64,000 nucleotides of DNA from Methanotrichaceae archaeon (GCA_963803145.1 CAWDLW010000023.1:96001-160000), one strand, 5' to 3'. Shown: positions 26,901-37,292, counted from the stretch's first letter. Notes: a model not told the origin generated them from the letters alone. Translations and numbers: made by a program.

Positions 26901-28764
26901 TGCCTTTGCTGAAGCATGCGCCGACAAATCATCAGATCTTGATGCTGTCTGGGCTAAGCTGGGGCAAAGCGCCGGGACTGCGTTAACTACAAATTTATTT
27001 GGAAATGTTGGAAATGTTCAAATCCCAGGGCAAGGCGGCATAGAAACCCTTCAACAGCAGATCCAGGATTGGATAAGCGATCCTTCAAAGCTCAAGGGAT
27101 CCGTCGATAACCTGGATGATTTCATGAAAAACTATTTCCAGCCCAAACTAGGGGATGACCTGAAAGGATTGGAAGATAACATGAGCATGGGATACAAAGG
27201 TTCCATCGAAGCGACTCAGACTTTTATTACCCAGCTTGAAACTTTGGCTTATCAGACGCCCGATATGTTCACCACTGATGAACTTAATGCCCTCTCGGAA
27301 TACAAGGATCATATGATAGACCTTAAAACGCTCTTAAAAGATATGGGAATAGATGTATCCAATTTAGCTGATGCCCAAAAGAAGCTATCCGACAGCACGA
27401 AAAACACCAACGATCAACTTAATGCTCAAAGATATGATCTTGCGGATCTGGGTACTGAAGGCGGCATGTTCGAGAAAGGCTTTATAGGCCCTGCAACCGA
27501 TCCTAACGCTTTAAAGACCTGGCAAGATAACATGCTCAACCTGGCACATACTAAATGGAGTATGGATCAGCAGGGAGGCTTAACTGTCGGATCTGGAACT
27601 AATGTTGCTGCAGCACCACCAGATATAGACACCTGGGCAAAATACCAGGATTATATCAAGACCGGAAAAGATGATACAGCCCAAACCCAAATTAACTTAG
27701 AGAATACGAATACAGCAGTAAATAATATCAAAGAGGGTTTCAAGGATGTTAACGATACAGCAACATCATTGAATAAGACGGTTGAGGCCACAAAATTAAA
27801 TATGGTGGATATGGAAAGCGCCATGACTAAAACCTTAGCATACTCGCCAAATGCAAATATGCTCGGGACTCAGACTCCAGCAGGAAGCATCCCATCTTTT
27901 GGAGCTCAGCCATTCAGCCCAATGAGCCCAGGATTAGCCAGCCTTCCAAACATTTACACATCTCAGAGCTCAAATTCAGTTTTAGAGTTCAATAACGCCC
28001 TTACATTGGTTAACAACTCGGCCAACGAATTAGGCACTACAACAGATAAACTCCTTACAACAGTAAATAATATCCAGAATACAACAAATGCGGTCGAGAA
28101 GGAAACGGATAATTCTTTAACAATATCAATGCAAATAAAAAATTTAGAAACTCAATCGAGTTCCATAGCGACCAACATTGATAAAACGCTATCAACATCA
28201 AACACGACTATTGCATCAATGAATACCTCTTTAGATACTCTGAATAAAGACCTCAATAGTACCGATAAGCTAATAGAATCAATGATTACGGATCTTGGTA
28301 CTGTCGAGGGAATTTTAACAGAAATTGGATCTATGGTTGCTACGATAGATGGAATATTCCAAGATATATTTATGAATGGCCAAGGGGGTGATACCGGCAG
28401 CATGTCAAGCGGTGGCGGCGGTGATTGGCTAAGCTTTGCCTCAGGCGGATTCATCCCAGGACCTACACCTATTATAGCCGGAGATTCGCCAGGTGGAGAA
28501 TGGCTGATACCTAACGATTTGATGAGCTCATTACTTAACAGCCTCTCGGATATCAGCAACCTAGGATCAGTAGGCAAAGCTTCAGCCTCATTGAGTCTCG
28601 ATACTTCATCGGTGAATTCAGAGATTGAAAAGCTTGCTGAATTGCTAAAATCGAACCCTGTAACGATACCGGCAAAAATTGTTTTCACAACAGATTCAAT
28701 AATGCTAAAGCAGGCTATTGAAGCTGCAGTTTATGAAGTTCTGAAAGATGTTAGGGTATCGTAG
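23989..28764 (+). CDS. Tape measure protein (TP901-like)
   Basis: ~1590 aa helical; AGPTASAAGLSF...G-x-x-A...L core; C-terminal FASGG...AGD...EWLIP motif. Confidence 0.92.
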   Translation: MGVDDIGSAAMLDISNYVSAADALIDKTEQMQEKLNAISESLKDPIPITVDISQIEQATEKLDELKLTNIDVSMNAADVQEQLNNLTESSSGLDKELEIGVTADTSAASASIYDLTDSATSLAENSYELLITADDTQTIDKFVEIEDKYEEIKQKVAEPLKVGGEGGGEEEGGMLEKLKGAAEGFGVPTGLLNAGPEMLVGAGAAVALGEGLHKSVEAATSFQQSMQSVGALTGQTTSGLKEIAEEASGGTTVGLNEAGQAMISLADNGVRTKDMEKDLAASITLSEGGIISMGSATTVLSTTLKQFHQDGTQAAQDVNIMIAASQLGKTSTEDMASALRIAGPTASAAGLSFADTAGSLSLMEGAGIRARTASSDLNTILKDMSDPPKKVAEGLTSIGVSADDINPQLHSFDDVIADLKTHITSSAEASKIFGTTAGPGLWALLQQANLKEYTQDLQNSNAGVEAADKNTQTYEASMKKFGAAIETCEIDLGTLLLPILTDFVTVVDEGVTALDKLGKGLYSTGEYAANTTNSGLQSLGNVVQQGTNWLDKNALGMTDDQISAQYADPGKKIGTTVGENICNGISDSYDDINGTMNDVLTKSGTDAGTAAGAAAAKAFSDANDAYAKSYGSYISNDYIMKWRTYDQTTGAVTNPGAWVNPNEGQPTQSYDSGFSTTTHALNAKVPLSYSESYGDSSGSEYGMSEMNLTIAGKTYSSGWIKNDSFDRANELNKLISEASGDLHTDVNTLIGAEGMNLLQGKEDQTTYNARMAVNSIADVKITPATVTIDPTKLDEDKAFTDDINKMYKDNTVSIDDLTKAYKDFQNAPNLSTKVMEDYSNVQRETEDLKKWNEQLQELEAMPAKAQPSDYLNQLNTLKSEIEGAQTSIAANVKDIHSELSSVFDTSDIPIGNVKGWIDTQVASMASTISDDWKKGFTITDEDTIAAFVPMLQWMENNMPVEFARIGGTSTLAFAEACADKSSDLDAVWAKLGQSAGTALTTNLFGNVGNVQIPGQGGIETLQQQIQDWISDPSKLKGSVDNLDDFMKNYFQPKLGDDLKGLEDNMSMGYKGSIEATQTFITQLETLAYQTPDMFTTDELNALSEYKDHMIDLKTLLKDMGIDVSNLADAQKKLSDSTKNTNDQLNAQRYDLADLGTEGGMFEKGFIGPATDPNALKTWQDNMLNLAHTKWSMDQQGGLTVGSGTNVAAAPPDIDTWAKYQDYIKTGKDDTAQTQINLENTNTAVNNIKEGFKDVNDTATSLNKTVEATKLNMVDMESAMTKTLAYSPNANMLGTQTPAGSIPSFGAQPFSPMSPGLASLPNIYTSQSSNSVLEFNNALTLVNNSANELGTTTDKLLTTVNNIQNTTNAVEKETDNSLTISMQIKNLETQSSSIATNIDKTLSTSNTTIASMNTSLDTLNKDLNSTDKLIESMITDLGTVEGILTEIGSMVATIDGIFQDIFMNGQGGDTGSMSSGGGGDWLSFASGGFIPGPTPIIAGDSPGGEWLIPNDLMSSLLNSLSDISNLGSVGKASASLSLDTSSVNSEIEKLAELLKSNPVTIPAKIVFTTDSIMLKQAIEAAVYEVLKDVRVS

Positions 28765-28778
28765 AAAAGAGTAAAAAA

Positions 28779-31700
28779 ATGTCTCTAACTTGGAGCTCAG
28801 GCCCAACGCTCAATAATCCTCGCTCTATGCTGGGTGGATCTGGAAATTTGGCCTCGGCAATATCTGTATGTGGAGAAAATTCCGGATATACTCAAAGCCC
28901 CATATCGGAAATATTCAATGGTTTTACCTGGGCAAATGCATCAAACCTGAATTCAGCCAGGCTCTTGAATGTGGCCGGTGGCAATCCATCTGCAGCTATA
29001 TGTATTGGTGGCTATACCTTTGCAACAAATCAAGAAGTAGCTCAAACGGAACTATTCAATGGTGCCGCCTGGACGAATGCCGCCGCCTTAGGCACTCCCA
29101 GGGATAGCTTAGCAGGAGATGGGACACCTTCTGCGGCTATCTGCATGGGAGGCTCAATCCTTCTCATAGTTGATACCGTGGAAGGCTGGAATGGATCAGC
29201 TTGGAGCAATAAAGCCAGCTTAGCCAACAAGAGGCAGCTTAACGCTGGCGGAGGCAATCCATCTGCAGCATTTACGGTAGGCGGAAACTATGATAATGAT
29301 CATTTAGCCTGGTTTGAAGTATTGATATTAGAGACATTCAACGGCACAACCTGGGCATCCGGAGGCAGTTTAAACACTGGCAGGAGTTCTCTATCTGGAG
29401 GAGGCACGCCATCAGATGCTATTACGATGGGCGGGGCAAAATATGATAATTCATCTGTTTACAGCCTTATTGAGCTATACAATGGATCTGCCTGGACAAA
29501 CAGCGGCGATCTTTTACAGACCAGATGGAATCATTCCGGAGATGGAAATTCTAATCAAGGAATAGTAATAGGCGGAGCCCATAACGGAATTTTAGGGACT
29601 ATAGAGCTCTCAGGCAGCTTAGAAGATTATTCAGCAAATATTGAGTCAAATAGCTTAATATCGGCAATGATAGAGGCTGAAATCAATGCCAGCCTTCAAA
29701 GCTTATCAAAAATTTTTGCCAATGCATATAGCTGGATACCTGGCGAAAATTCGGCAATTATTCAATCAAAATCGTCTATGCTTGCGAATTGGACAGGCTC
29801 AACTGAGCTTTCAGCGAACATCCCGAGCCATTCGTCCATAATATCAGAACAAACAAAACCGCCGCTTATAGTGCCTCTTATAAAGGATGGCCTGTATCTG
29901 ATCAGAAGATCGATGGATTTAACCTATTGCCCAATAAAATTTAAGCATGTTAAAGGCTACAATGATCATTATTTAGATTTTCTTCTCCACGGATGCCCGG
30001 TTAACGACGAAATTGGATGGTATTATATTATTCCAGTAACCAGAAAGTCCTGGGAAGATTGGGATTATTTCAATTTTCTGCAAGACGATGAAGTTTTTGA
30101 TCTGGGTTGCCGTATATCTTGGGGCGGAGATGTAGCAGGCTTCTTCTTCCCAGATCCCGGCATAAGCTCTGGAATTATAACCAATGTAAGCATATGGGGT
30201 TATATGCGAGGCAGCGGAGCTCTTCTTTATATAGACTCTATTAATTCTTTTTGGAATTTTGGCAAAGTAAAATATAATTTACCTTTTTTTCAATGGGTAC
30301 ATGCCGATTATCCGACAAATCCCGAAACAGAATTAAGCTGGCAGTGGTCGGAGCTTGCAAACGGAGTTTTTTGTGCTGGACTTGCCTTGTATTCGAACAC
30401 AAATTCTGATGATCTAGTAAGAGAGTTCAGCAGATGTCGCTATTTCAAAGTCACAATCAACTATATCGATATCATTGGCAATCCTCAAGTTATCACATTA
30501 TGGCCGAACGCTGACGCACCTATATGGCATGATATTAATACAGGAGAGCATTATAAATATCGTTGCTCTACTTATGGTGGTATAGGGCCGGAATGCAGAT
30601 CTCCTTTCATGCTTCCAAATGGATTAAATTATTATTGGTCTGAGCCAACGCTATTGAGATTCTTATACAGCAATCGATTTATTACATATGATTGTTTAGA
30701 TGATAGCGTTATAGATCTCTTTAACATCGCCCTGGATGGCCCGCTGACACCAAAAAGTACCCCGGCGTTCATATACTGCAACATTCCTGATATTCCTTCA
30801 AGCCTTTTATTCAATAAGGTAACGCTTGATTGTGATATTGATCAAGTTTCGAATATTGGAGCAGATGTAACCGTTACTCCTTTTTTACTAATAAACGATA
30901 TAAAATATTACGGAACAGGCGTTTATGTTCCGGTACATTTCATTGGAACTCGCATCATAACAGCGGGATCATTAAATTATACATGGAGCATCAACCCAGC
31001 AACTACCCAACCCTGGACTTATGCGGATCTTGCAGGCTTAAAGTATGGATTTGAGCTTACTTTCGGCAGCTATGACCAGCAACCGACAGTAATCATAAAT
31101 CCAAGAATATCGATGTATCTGGATGCCTCTTTACAGTTTTCATCCAGACATGGGATCTATAAACAAAGTAGATACGGCTGGTTATGCAATCATGCTTTTT
31201 CGGATTATGCACTTCCTGCGCCTATAGCTAAATTATGTCGCAACGATGGGACATTAGCAACAAAAAGATATGGTTCTAGTCTTTCCGAGATTCCATCAAG
31301 CCTTTCCACGATCTTTCAAATAAAAGTTAACGCCTCATTTTGGGCTTTCGGAGACCGGGAGCATTCAGGTTATAGGCTATTTCTGTATTATAATGGGCAA
31401 TATTATTACGATGGCGACCGAAGGCCATTTGATAACGATCCTCTTTATAAATCAGATGTAACCTATACTTGGGCTCTCAGTCCAGCCACCGGCTTACCAT
31501 GGACTTATGAAGAATTTCAGGGATTGATATATGGAATAGAGGTATCAAGCGATTCAACTTATGATATCTATACTATGGAACTCCTAGATTTGAGCGCTGA
31601 TTATATTTTCAGGGAGCTCGAAGGCCCGAAAGTTGAATATACGCCAATAGATGCCTATATGCTTGGATTTACTCAATATGCTCAGAATCCAAATATCAGG

Positions 31701-33527
31701 CCGGATGATTTGGTATTTGTTCTTCCACCGGGCGGGTTCTTGCCTGAACGCACAGAAGTTTGTTATATCAAATATGGTCAAATGGTTTTTCATGGTATTG
31801 TGATAGGAGTTACTGAAATAGTCCAAAGTCCGAATTCAACGATCAAAACCGTCCAAGTATATGCAAAGTCTCAACAGGTAATGCTTTTCTATAGAGATTT
31901 GCCATATTTCTTCTATAATTCATCAGCCGATTATCTAGATAAGCCAGTTACACTTAATGAACTTTTCTCTGATGATATACCAACGTATCCCTATTTCCAA
32001 TGTTGGAACAAATTCTCGGCGTTTTATGAACGTAACTCGGGGGATGCTCAATATGAGCCATCACCTGTAGGATATATGCTTCAAGGCGGATTGGAGCTAT
32101 TGAGAAGCATAGATTCCAAGATAGGACTATTCTTCTTTTTGAACTCTAATCTTGCCGGAGTAAGCAAAGATTCCAAGCTCACGAACATAAAATCATTGGT
32201 TTATAACAGAGCTAAGTTCTTGACTAACCACGATCCGATATTAGATAATGAAGCAGATTATTCTGATACGCTTGCAGATTGGTCTTTAGATCATGGATCT
32301 TGTGGACTAGCTAATCATGGTGTGCCGGAGTGGGACGGTTCCGCATTTCAGTCTGGAACTAGATTCAATCTGGATAATATTGGCGGTATTCGTAGATATC
32401 GTACTGGAGATCCCGACATTCAATCAAATCTAGCTATCGATGAATACAGCTATTCGGGAGAAGATATGTTAACTCATGATTGGCCTGGGTCTTTCATGAT
32501 ACTGGTTGATCATGCTTTTCCAACATATCTTAAGCCGGGCGAATTTGAAAAAGGAGATTATCATCTTAGCGTACCATGGCTATTCCATGACGTAGCTAAT
32601 CTAGCATTTGATAAATTTTTCTTAAGGCTTGGCTATGAGCTTCAGTTCGAGAATTTGTTAGATGGCTATGTTTATATGAATGCAAAAAGCGAGATCTCCA
32701 GAGATACCGGACGCCAATTCATTCATAACATTGATAACGCATATGTCATAAAAAAGATACCTGCAAACCCTGTTCCTAACGAAATTGTAGCCATATCAGC
32801 AGTTCCGCAGGCGGTCAGCTCTCTTGAAAGGACATTAACCACTTGGATAACTCAGGTGGTGAATGTTCAAGATATCTCGGGTCCTGACCTTCTGAATTAT
32901 ATAACTGATTTGTATAACGATGATCCAGCCCAATACACTATATCAATTCTGGCGGAGGAATGGCTTCTCCGGCCGGGAGATTACATCTGGGTCCAGGCAG
33001 CTAATGAAGGCTTAAGAAAATTGAGGACTCGCCAGGTTACTATTCTGAAAGGCAGATCTGAACTTATTGCAGGCAAGCGGTATCTAGCCTTAAATCCTCA
33101 ATGGGGAGCTTGGAAAAAGGCTTCAGCATCGAAGGAAACAGACCATCTAATTCAGTCTTTGGCCATTGATTTTAACGCGCCGGGAGGTTCAAAAACATTT
33201 GACGTCCTCTATCACGAATTTGGAACAGAGGTTAAGCTATCCCTGAATTGGACTCTCTGGGTAGCTCAAGGCCAAACTGCGCCGATTCTATCTCAAGACA
33301 TTTTCATAGTTGTTAAAGTCGATGGCTTTATAGTAACGCCAGGCAGGATTTATTGTTCAAATACAGGCGGGACGCTTCTTGATTTATCTAGGTGGTGTCC
33401 TCAGGGTGCTACTCATACTATTCAAATTATTATGAAAAACGGCATAGCGCCAGACAGCCGGTACGGGCATAAAATTTCAGGAACGATAAATCAATATGCG
33501 ATAGTTGAGGCCCTTCAGAATACTTAG
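28779..33527 (+). CDS. Tail hub/tip protein 1 with N-terminal Kelch-like propeller and three internal repeats
   Basis: Six E-x-(F/W/Y)NG-x-x-W repeats; three (N/S)P-x-T-x-x-x-W repeats; C-terminal ~630 aa paralogous to the next gene. Confidence 0.7.
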   Translation: MSLTWSSGPTLNNPRSMLGGSGNLASAISVCGENSGYTQSPISEIFNGFTWANASNLNSARLLNVAGGNPSAAICIGGYTFATNQEVAQTELFNGAAWTNAAALGTPRDSLAGDGTPSAAICMGGSILLIVDTVEGWNGSAWSNKASLANKRQLNAGGGNPSAAFTVGGNYDNDHLAWFEVLILETFNGTTWASGGSLNTGRSSLSGGGTPSDAITMGGAKYDNSSVYSLIELYNGSAWTNSGDLLQTRWNHSGDGNSNQGIVIGGAHNGILGTIELSGSLEDYSANIESNSLISAMIEAEINASLQSLSKIFANAYSWIPGENSAIIQSKSSMLANWTGSTELSANIPSHSSIISEQTKPPLIVPLIKDGLYLIRRSMDLTYCPIKFKHVKGYNDHYLDFLLHGCPVNDEIGWYYIIPVTRKSWEDWDYFNFLQDDEVFDLGCRISWGGDVAGFFFPDPGISSGIITNVSIWGYMRGSGALLYIDSINSFWNFGKVKYNLPFFQWVHADYPTNPETELSWQWSELANGVFCAGLALYSNTNSDDLVREFSRCRYFKVTINYIDIIGNPQVITLWPNADAPIWHDINTGEHYKYRCSTYGGIGPECRSPFMLPNGLNYYWSEPTLLRFLYSNRFITYDCLDDSVIDLFNIALDGPLTPKSTPAFIYCNIPDIPSSLLFNKVTLDCDIDQVSNIGADVTVTPFLLINDIKYYGTGVYVPVHFIGTRIITAGSLNYTWSINPATTQPWTYADLAGLKYGFELTFGSYDQQPTVIINPRISMYLDASLQFSSRHGIYKQSRYGWLCNHAFSDYALPAPIAKLCRNDGTLATKRYGSSLSEIPSSLSTIFQIKVNASFWAFGDREHSGYRLFLYYNGQYYYDGDRRPFDNDPLYKSDVTYTWALSPATGLPWTYEEFQGLIYGIEVSSDSTYDIYTMELLDLSADYIFRELEGPKVEYTPIDAYMLGFTQYAQNPNIRPDDLVFVLPPGGFLPERTEVCYIKYGQMVFHGIVIGVTEIVQSPNSTIKTVQVYAKSQQVMLFYRDLPYFFYNSSADYLDKPVTLNELFSDDIPTYPYFQCWNKFSAFYERNSGDAQYEPSPVGYMLQGGLELLRSIDSKIGLFFFLNSNLAGVSKDSKLTNIKSLVYNRAKFLTNHDPILDNEADYSDTLADWSLDHGSCGLANHGVPEWDGSAFQSGTRFNLDNIGGIRRYRTGDPDIQSNLAIDEYSYSGEDMLTHDWPGSFMILVDHAFPTYLKPGEFEKGDYHLSVPWLFHDVANLAFDKFFLRLGYELQFENLLDGYVYMNAKSEISRDTGRQFIHNIDNAYVIKKIPANPVPNEIVAISAVPQAVSSLERTLTTWITQVVNVQDISGPDLLNYITDLYNDDPAQYTISILAEEWLLRPGDYIWVQAANEGLRKLRTRQVTILKGRSELIAGKRYLALNPQWGAWKKASASKETDHLIQSLAIDFNAPGGSKTFDVLYHEFGTEVKLSLNWTLWVAQGQTAPILSQDIFIVVKVDGFIVTPGRIYCSNTGGTLLDLSRWCPQGATHTIQIIMKNGIAPDSRYGHKISGTINQYAIVEALQNT

Positions 33528-33535
33528 GAGGATCT

Positions 33536-35806
33536 ATGGCCGAGGTTTATATTATTGCAATAATATCAAGCAAATCATCTTTAAATGCTGGAGATGCAAA
33601 ATATGATCTGAGCGCTTCGGCGTCTATAGCCAATTTTTCATCAATTTCAGGGATAGCTGAAATTGATATAGAGCCTTATGTACCGATCTATAACCTCAGC
33701 CGGGTTCTTGCTGCAGCCTCGAGGGAGAGAGTTCAGGAATATTCTGCTCTAATTAGCTCCAGGTCCCCAGTTGTTGCGGACTATGAAACGACGCAGCTGA
33801 TATTGATCAATGCAAGCCTATTCTCTCAGTCCTCGGCCAGGGCATCTTTTTATATCGGGCAGCTGCAGGAGATTTCAGCCTCGATAGATAGCATTTCTTC
33901 AGCCCATGCGAGCTTATCATGGTCTGCTTTTCTGGAGTCGATCTCGAGACTCGAGGCCAATGATGAGATTACCATAGAGGATAAATCAAGCATAAAGTCA
34001 GGATCCGGGATTTTAGCCATTCCAGAGATTCTTATTGAGGACTCAGCTGATATCCTATCGATTTCTGATGTTAAGCCTATATTCTCTTATTTCATTGCCT
34101 CCGTAGCTCAAACAATATTAGCTAACGGCTTTTATTTCCGTGGCCTGGGTGGAGGCTCAGATTATCAGCCATTCAAAGCCAAAATCGTAACATACAAGCA
34201 ATATGCCCAGAATCCAATCAAGGCAGATGAGCTTGTTTATACCTGTTCTATACATGAGCCGGCGCCCGCTCTACAGCAGGTAATCTTTGTAGATCAAGGA
34301 GAGCATGTTTTCAATGGTCTCATAACCAAAGCCGAGGATAACAAAAATTTTTGGAAAATAACTTGTCGGTCGATGGCCTATACATTAGATTTCAGAAGAA
34401 TCCCAGAGGTAGTTTATGGAGCAGGCTTAGCGCTAAATGATATACTTTCATCGGATTTGCCTTCATTATCTCCCCCGAAAATAGGTGTCTTATTCTTAAT
34501 TAGTAGCACCATCTCAGAGGGTCTATGGACTGCCTATAATGCGTATGCTCATAAGTTACCTAAGGGAGGCTTAAAGAGTCAAATTCAGGATTCGGACCTT
34601 TATGTATTTACCAGCATGCCATTCATAACCGACTTCGATGCATATGATGGAATTATCCATCTTTCCGAGGTAGGCAACATCCCGCCAGGCCCGAACCAAT
34701 CTTCGAGGGATGAAGATTATCTTTATATCAGGGTCGGAGATGATTCTTACTGGCCTAATGCGTTCCATGTAGCGGCTCCATATAAATTCGATTGCCAAAT
34801 ACGGTTTGGCGGTATCGATATAGGAGAATATACTAACACTATACCATTCTCTTTAGGCGGGTTAGCATCAAAGAATTTCGACGACTTCTTTATCAATATC
34901 GGTCGAGAGCTTCAATTTAAAAATGGTCTTGATGGCTGCGTTTACATGTTTCTTGCTGCAGAATGCAGCAGAGGATCACCGTCAAGTCCAGTTCGATATA
35001 TCAACGATGGCGAGGACGATTTCAGAATTTTAAGGATCAACCAGAAAGATCCTAATGTTCAAGCGGCAATAGGGATAGACTCAAATGATGCAGCCCAGCC
35101 TGAATATTCGATAACAGATTATGATAAGACCTCCGATATCCAGCTTTTCAAAGTATTTGATCGCAAAGGAGCTGAAAAGGATGAAACTCTATTTCAGTTA
35201 CAGCAGATCATAGATAACAACGATGATAGCTTTTCGGCAACCTCAAGAAATGTAGATTGGCATCTGAAAGTTGGAGATTGGCTAGTTTTACATAGGGATG
35301 ATTACGGCACTTTCCAGGTTAGGATCAGAGAGATAGATTATGATAATGGAATTCAAAGCTTAATATGCGGTAAAAGATTATTCACAGTAAGTAATAAATT
35401 TGGCGAGTATCTGAGAAAATCTATTCCATCCAGAGCAACGCCAATACAGACCACTGCGTTAGCAGGCGGAGCAGGAAGTTTTGTAATAAAGGCTTCTGAT
35501 GTCCAGGCCGGAGGCTTGGTAATCTATTTCGAGGACTCATTTGATACCTCTAACGAATCTGATATCTCGGTCCAGGTAGGAAGCTATTGTGATCTTCTAA
35601 TCAATAGTAAGATAGTTCCTCCAGGCAGGATCAAGCTGATCGATCAAACCAGCGTTAAAATCGATATAACGGACTATTGCAATATGTCATCAAGCGTAGA
35701 TACAACAAATACTGTAACAAGGAATTTCTATCAGGCTTCAGGCTGGTCCAGCCAGGGAGCTAAAATCACTCAATGGAGAGCTCTTAAGTTCCTCTCGCCG
35801 TTATAA
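33536..35806 (+). CDS. Tail hub/tip protein 2 (Tal-like paralogue)
   Basis: VFNGLI and LKVGDWLVL...RI motifs of hub proteins; N-terminal S-x-S spacer. Confidence 0.65.
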   Translation: MAEVYIIAIISSKSSLNAGDAKYDLSASASIANFSSISGIAEIDIEPYVPIYNLSRVLAAASRERVQEYSALISSRSPVVADYETTQLILINASLFSQSSARASFYIGQLQEISASIDSISSAHASLSWSAFLESISRLEANDEITIEDKSSIKSGSGILAIPEILIEDSADILSISDVKPIFSYFIASVAQTILANGFYFRGLGGGSDYQPFKAKIVTYKQYAQNPIKADELVYTCSIHEPAPALQQVIFVDQGEHVFNGLITKAEDNKNFWKITCRSMAYTLDFRRIPEVVYGAGLALNDILSSDLPSLSPPKIGVLFLISSTISEGLWTAYNAYAHKLPKGGLKSQIQDSDLYVFTSMPFITDFDAYDGIIHLSEVGNIPPGPNQSSRDEDYLYIRVGDDSYWPNAFHVAAPYKFDCQIRFGGIDIGEYTNTIPFSLGGLASKNFDDFFINIGRELQFKNGLDGCVYMFLAAECSRGSPSSPVRYINDGEDDFRILRINQKDPNVQAAIGIDSNDAAQPEYSITDYDKTSDIQLFKVFDRKGAEKDETLFQLQQIIDNNDDSFSATSRNVDWHLKVGDWLVLHRDDYGTFQVRIREIDYDNGIQSLICGKRLFTVSNKFGEYLRKSIPSRATPIQTTALAGGAGSFVIKASDVQAGGLVIYFEDSFDTSNESDISVQVGSYCDLLINSKIVPPGRIKLIDQTSVKIDITDYCNMSSSVDTTNTVTRNFYQASGWSSQGAKITQWRALKFLSPL

Positions 35807-35834
35807 AATAGATACAAAATAGCTATGAGGTAGC

Positions 35835-36989
35835 ATGCCCGAATATATGAAGCTTGGAATTCTTGATTTAACAAATCGAGTCTATGGAGGGTTTAATTTC
35901 TTCGGCGGCCAATGGGAGATCAAGCAGGATGGAGCCAGGTCTTTAAAGACCGGCGCAAGAAAAGATGTTCCAGATGGCACTTATGTAAGGTTCAATGTCT
36001 ATTTCAAGACCGATGCCGAGATGCATACATTCATGCAGTATGTAGCAGGCAAAGACGAGGACGCGAACATCCAGTTATGGGTTCGTACTTCAGATTGGTA
36101 TTTCAAGGTCTGGGGAATCCAGGTCCTCCAGCTGCCGACAAGCCAAGAAAACCCTATGGATTGGATGCTTTACGGCTATCAGGTCACTTGCTATTTATAT
36201 TCTCCATGGACTTATAGCAATAATCCCTTACATTGGGTCCCGTCAAGCCCTGCAACGTTACCTCAAACATATAGCTCCTTGAATAACTCCGATGGACATT
36301 ATAATTCAAGCTTCGACGATCTGATAATTCAATGCTTTTATGATTCAGCCCATGTAAAGGCCCTTGCAGCTGCTATAGCCTCCGGTGGATCAATAAAGAT
36401 AACAGATGAAGCTCTAAGCGACGAAATCTTTGAATTGCTGGCCAATGATAAAAGGTTACTTGAAACCTACGAGGACCTATTTCTTAGCTCTACCAAAATG
36501 ACCCAAGATTCTACGGGTACGGCCAACTTTTCCACTGATCATATGAGGATAGATGACGGCGAATACCAGATTTACAAGCTATCAGGCCCTATTAATGTGC
36601 GATATCCTATAAAAATGACTGCCAACTTTGCCATTGATGCCGGAGGGGCTACGAATAAAGCTTATGTCGATATCTCGCCTGATGGCGAGGCATGGACTAC
36701 GGTAATCGATAGCCGCATGTTTCTTTTAGGACAGGATAACGTTTACTACCTAAATGGCTCAGAGTATATGAAAGACGTTTATGTTAGGTTCAGGTCAGAT
36801 ACAGGTACAGCTGGCAAATACTTCAAGATATATCATCTGAAGTTTGAGGTCGAACGCTGGGTTCCAGCTGGGTCTGCGCCAGTTTTAGCCGTTAACGAAA
36901 TTCAGCCAATGACTATAAGCTGCGATGAGAATTTTTCTAAGAAAGTTGCTATAGATTGCACTTATAGACCTGTTAGGCTTTGGAGCTAG
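35835..36989 (+). CDS. Distal tail (Dit-like) protein with inserted jelly-roll domain
   Basis: C-x-x-x-SPW-x-Y motif and terminal Y-x-P-x-x-L-W; ISPDGEAW...YVRF insert. Confidence 0.6.
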   Translation: MPEYMKLGILDLTNRVYGGFNFFGGQWEIKQDGARSLKTGARKDVPDGTYVRFNVYFKTDAEMHTFMQYVAGKDEDANIQLWVRTSDWYFKVWGIQVLQLPTSQENPMDWMLYGYQVTCYLYSPWTYSNNPLHWVPSSPATLPQTYSSLNNSDGHYNSSFDDLIIQCFYDSAHVKALAAAIASGGSIKITDEALSDEIFELLANDKRLLETYEDLFLSSTKMTQDSTGTANFSTDHMRIDDGEYQIYKLSGPINVRYPIKMTANFAIDAGGATNKAYVDISPDGEAWTTVIDSRMFLLGQDNVYYLNGSEYMKDVYVRFRSDTGTAGKYFKIYHLKFEVERWVPAGSAPVLAVNEIQPMTISCDENFSKKVAIDCTYRPVRLWS

Positions 36990-37002
36990 ATTCTTCTTTT
37001 TC
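36990..37002 (+). terminator. Oligo-T terminator of the virion operon
   Basis: TTCTTCTTTTTC directly after the last + strand gene. Confidence 0.5.
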
Positions 37003-37064
37003 GGATTTCTACTTTAATATAACAGAAGCTATTGTAGTTGGCTCGCGCGCTTCAAAGTAGCACG

Positions 37065-37129
37065 GTGACATCCTCCCTACCCCTAAAGAGTTAAGGCTTC
37101 CTTCCTCTAGAGGTGGGAGTGGATGTCAC
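37065..37129. mobile_element. Miniature IS200/IS605-like relic
   Basis: GTGACATCC...GGATGTCAC inverted ends; CCCTAAAG hairpin motif. Confidence 0.55.
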
Positions 37130-37292
37130 ATAGCTTAATTCCGGTACCTCGCAGCCTTCTTTGTTGCATTTATGCAAATATCTCAATGGATGTAAGCAAA
37201 AGATTCCATATTCGTAAGGACATAGTTTTTCTTCGTCCATAATATCCTTCATTCGTCGTTTTTTTGCGAGTCATTTTCTAACATTTGATACA

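Noticed and set aside
14497-36989. Contractile injection system or tailocin
   Set aside because: Portal and capsid genes are present and no sheath or baseplate wedge genes are seen
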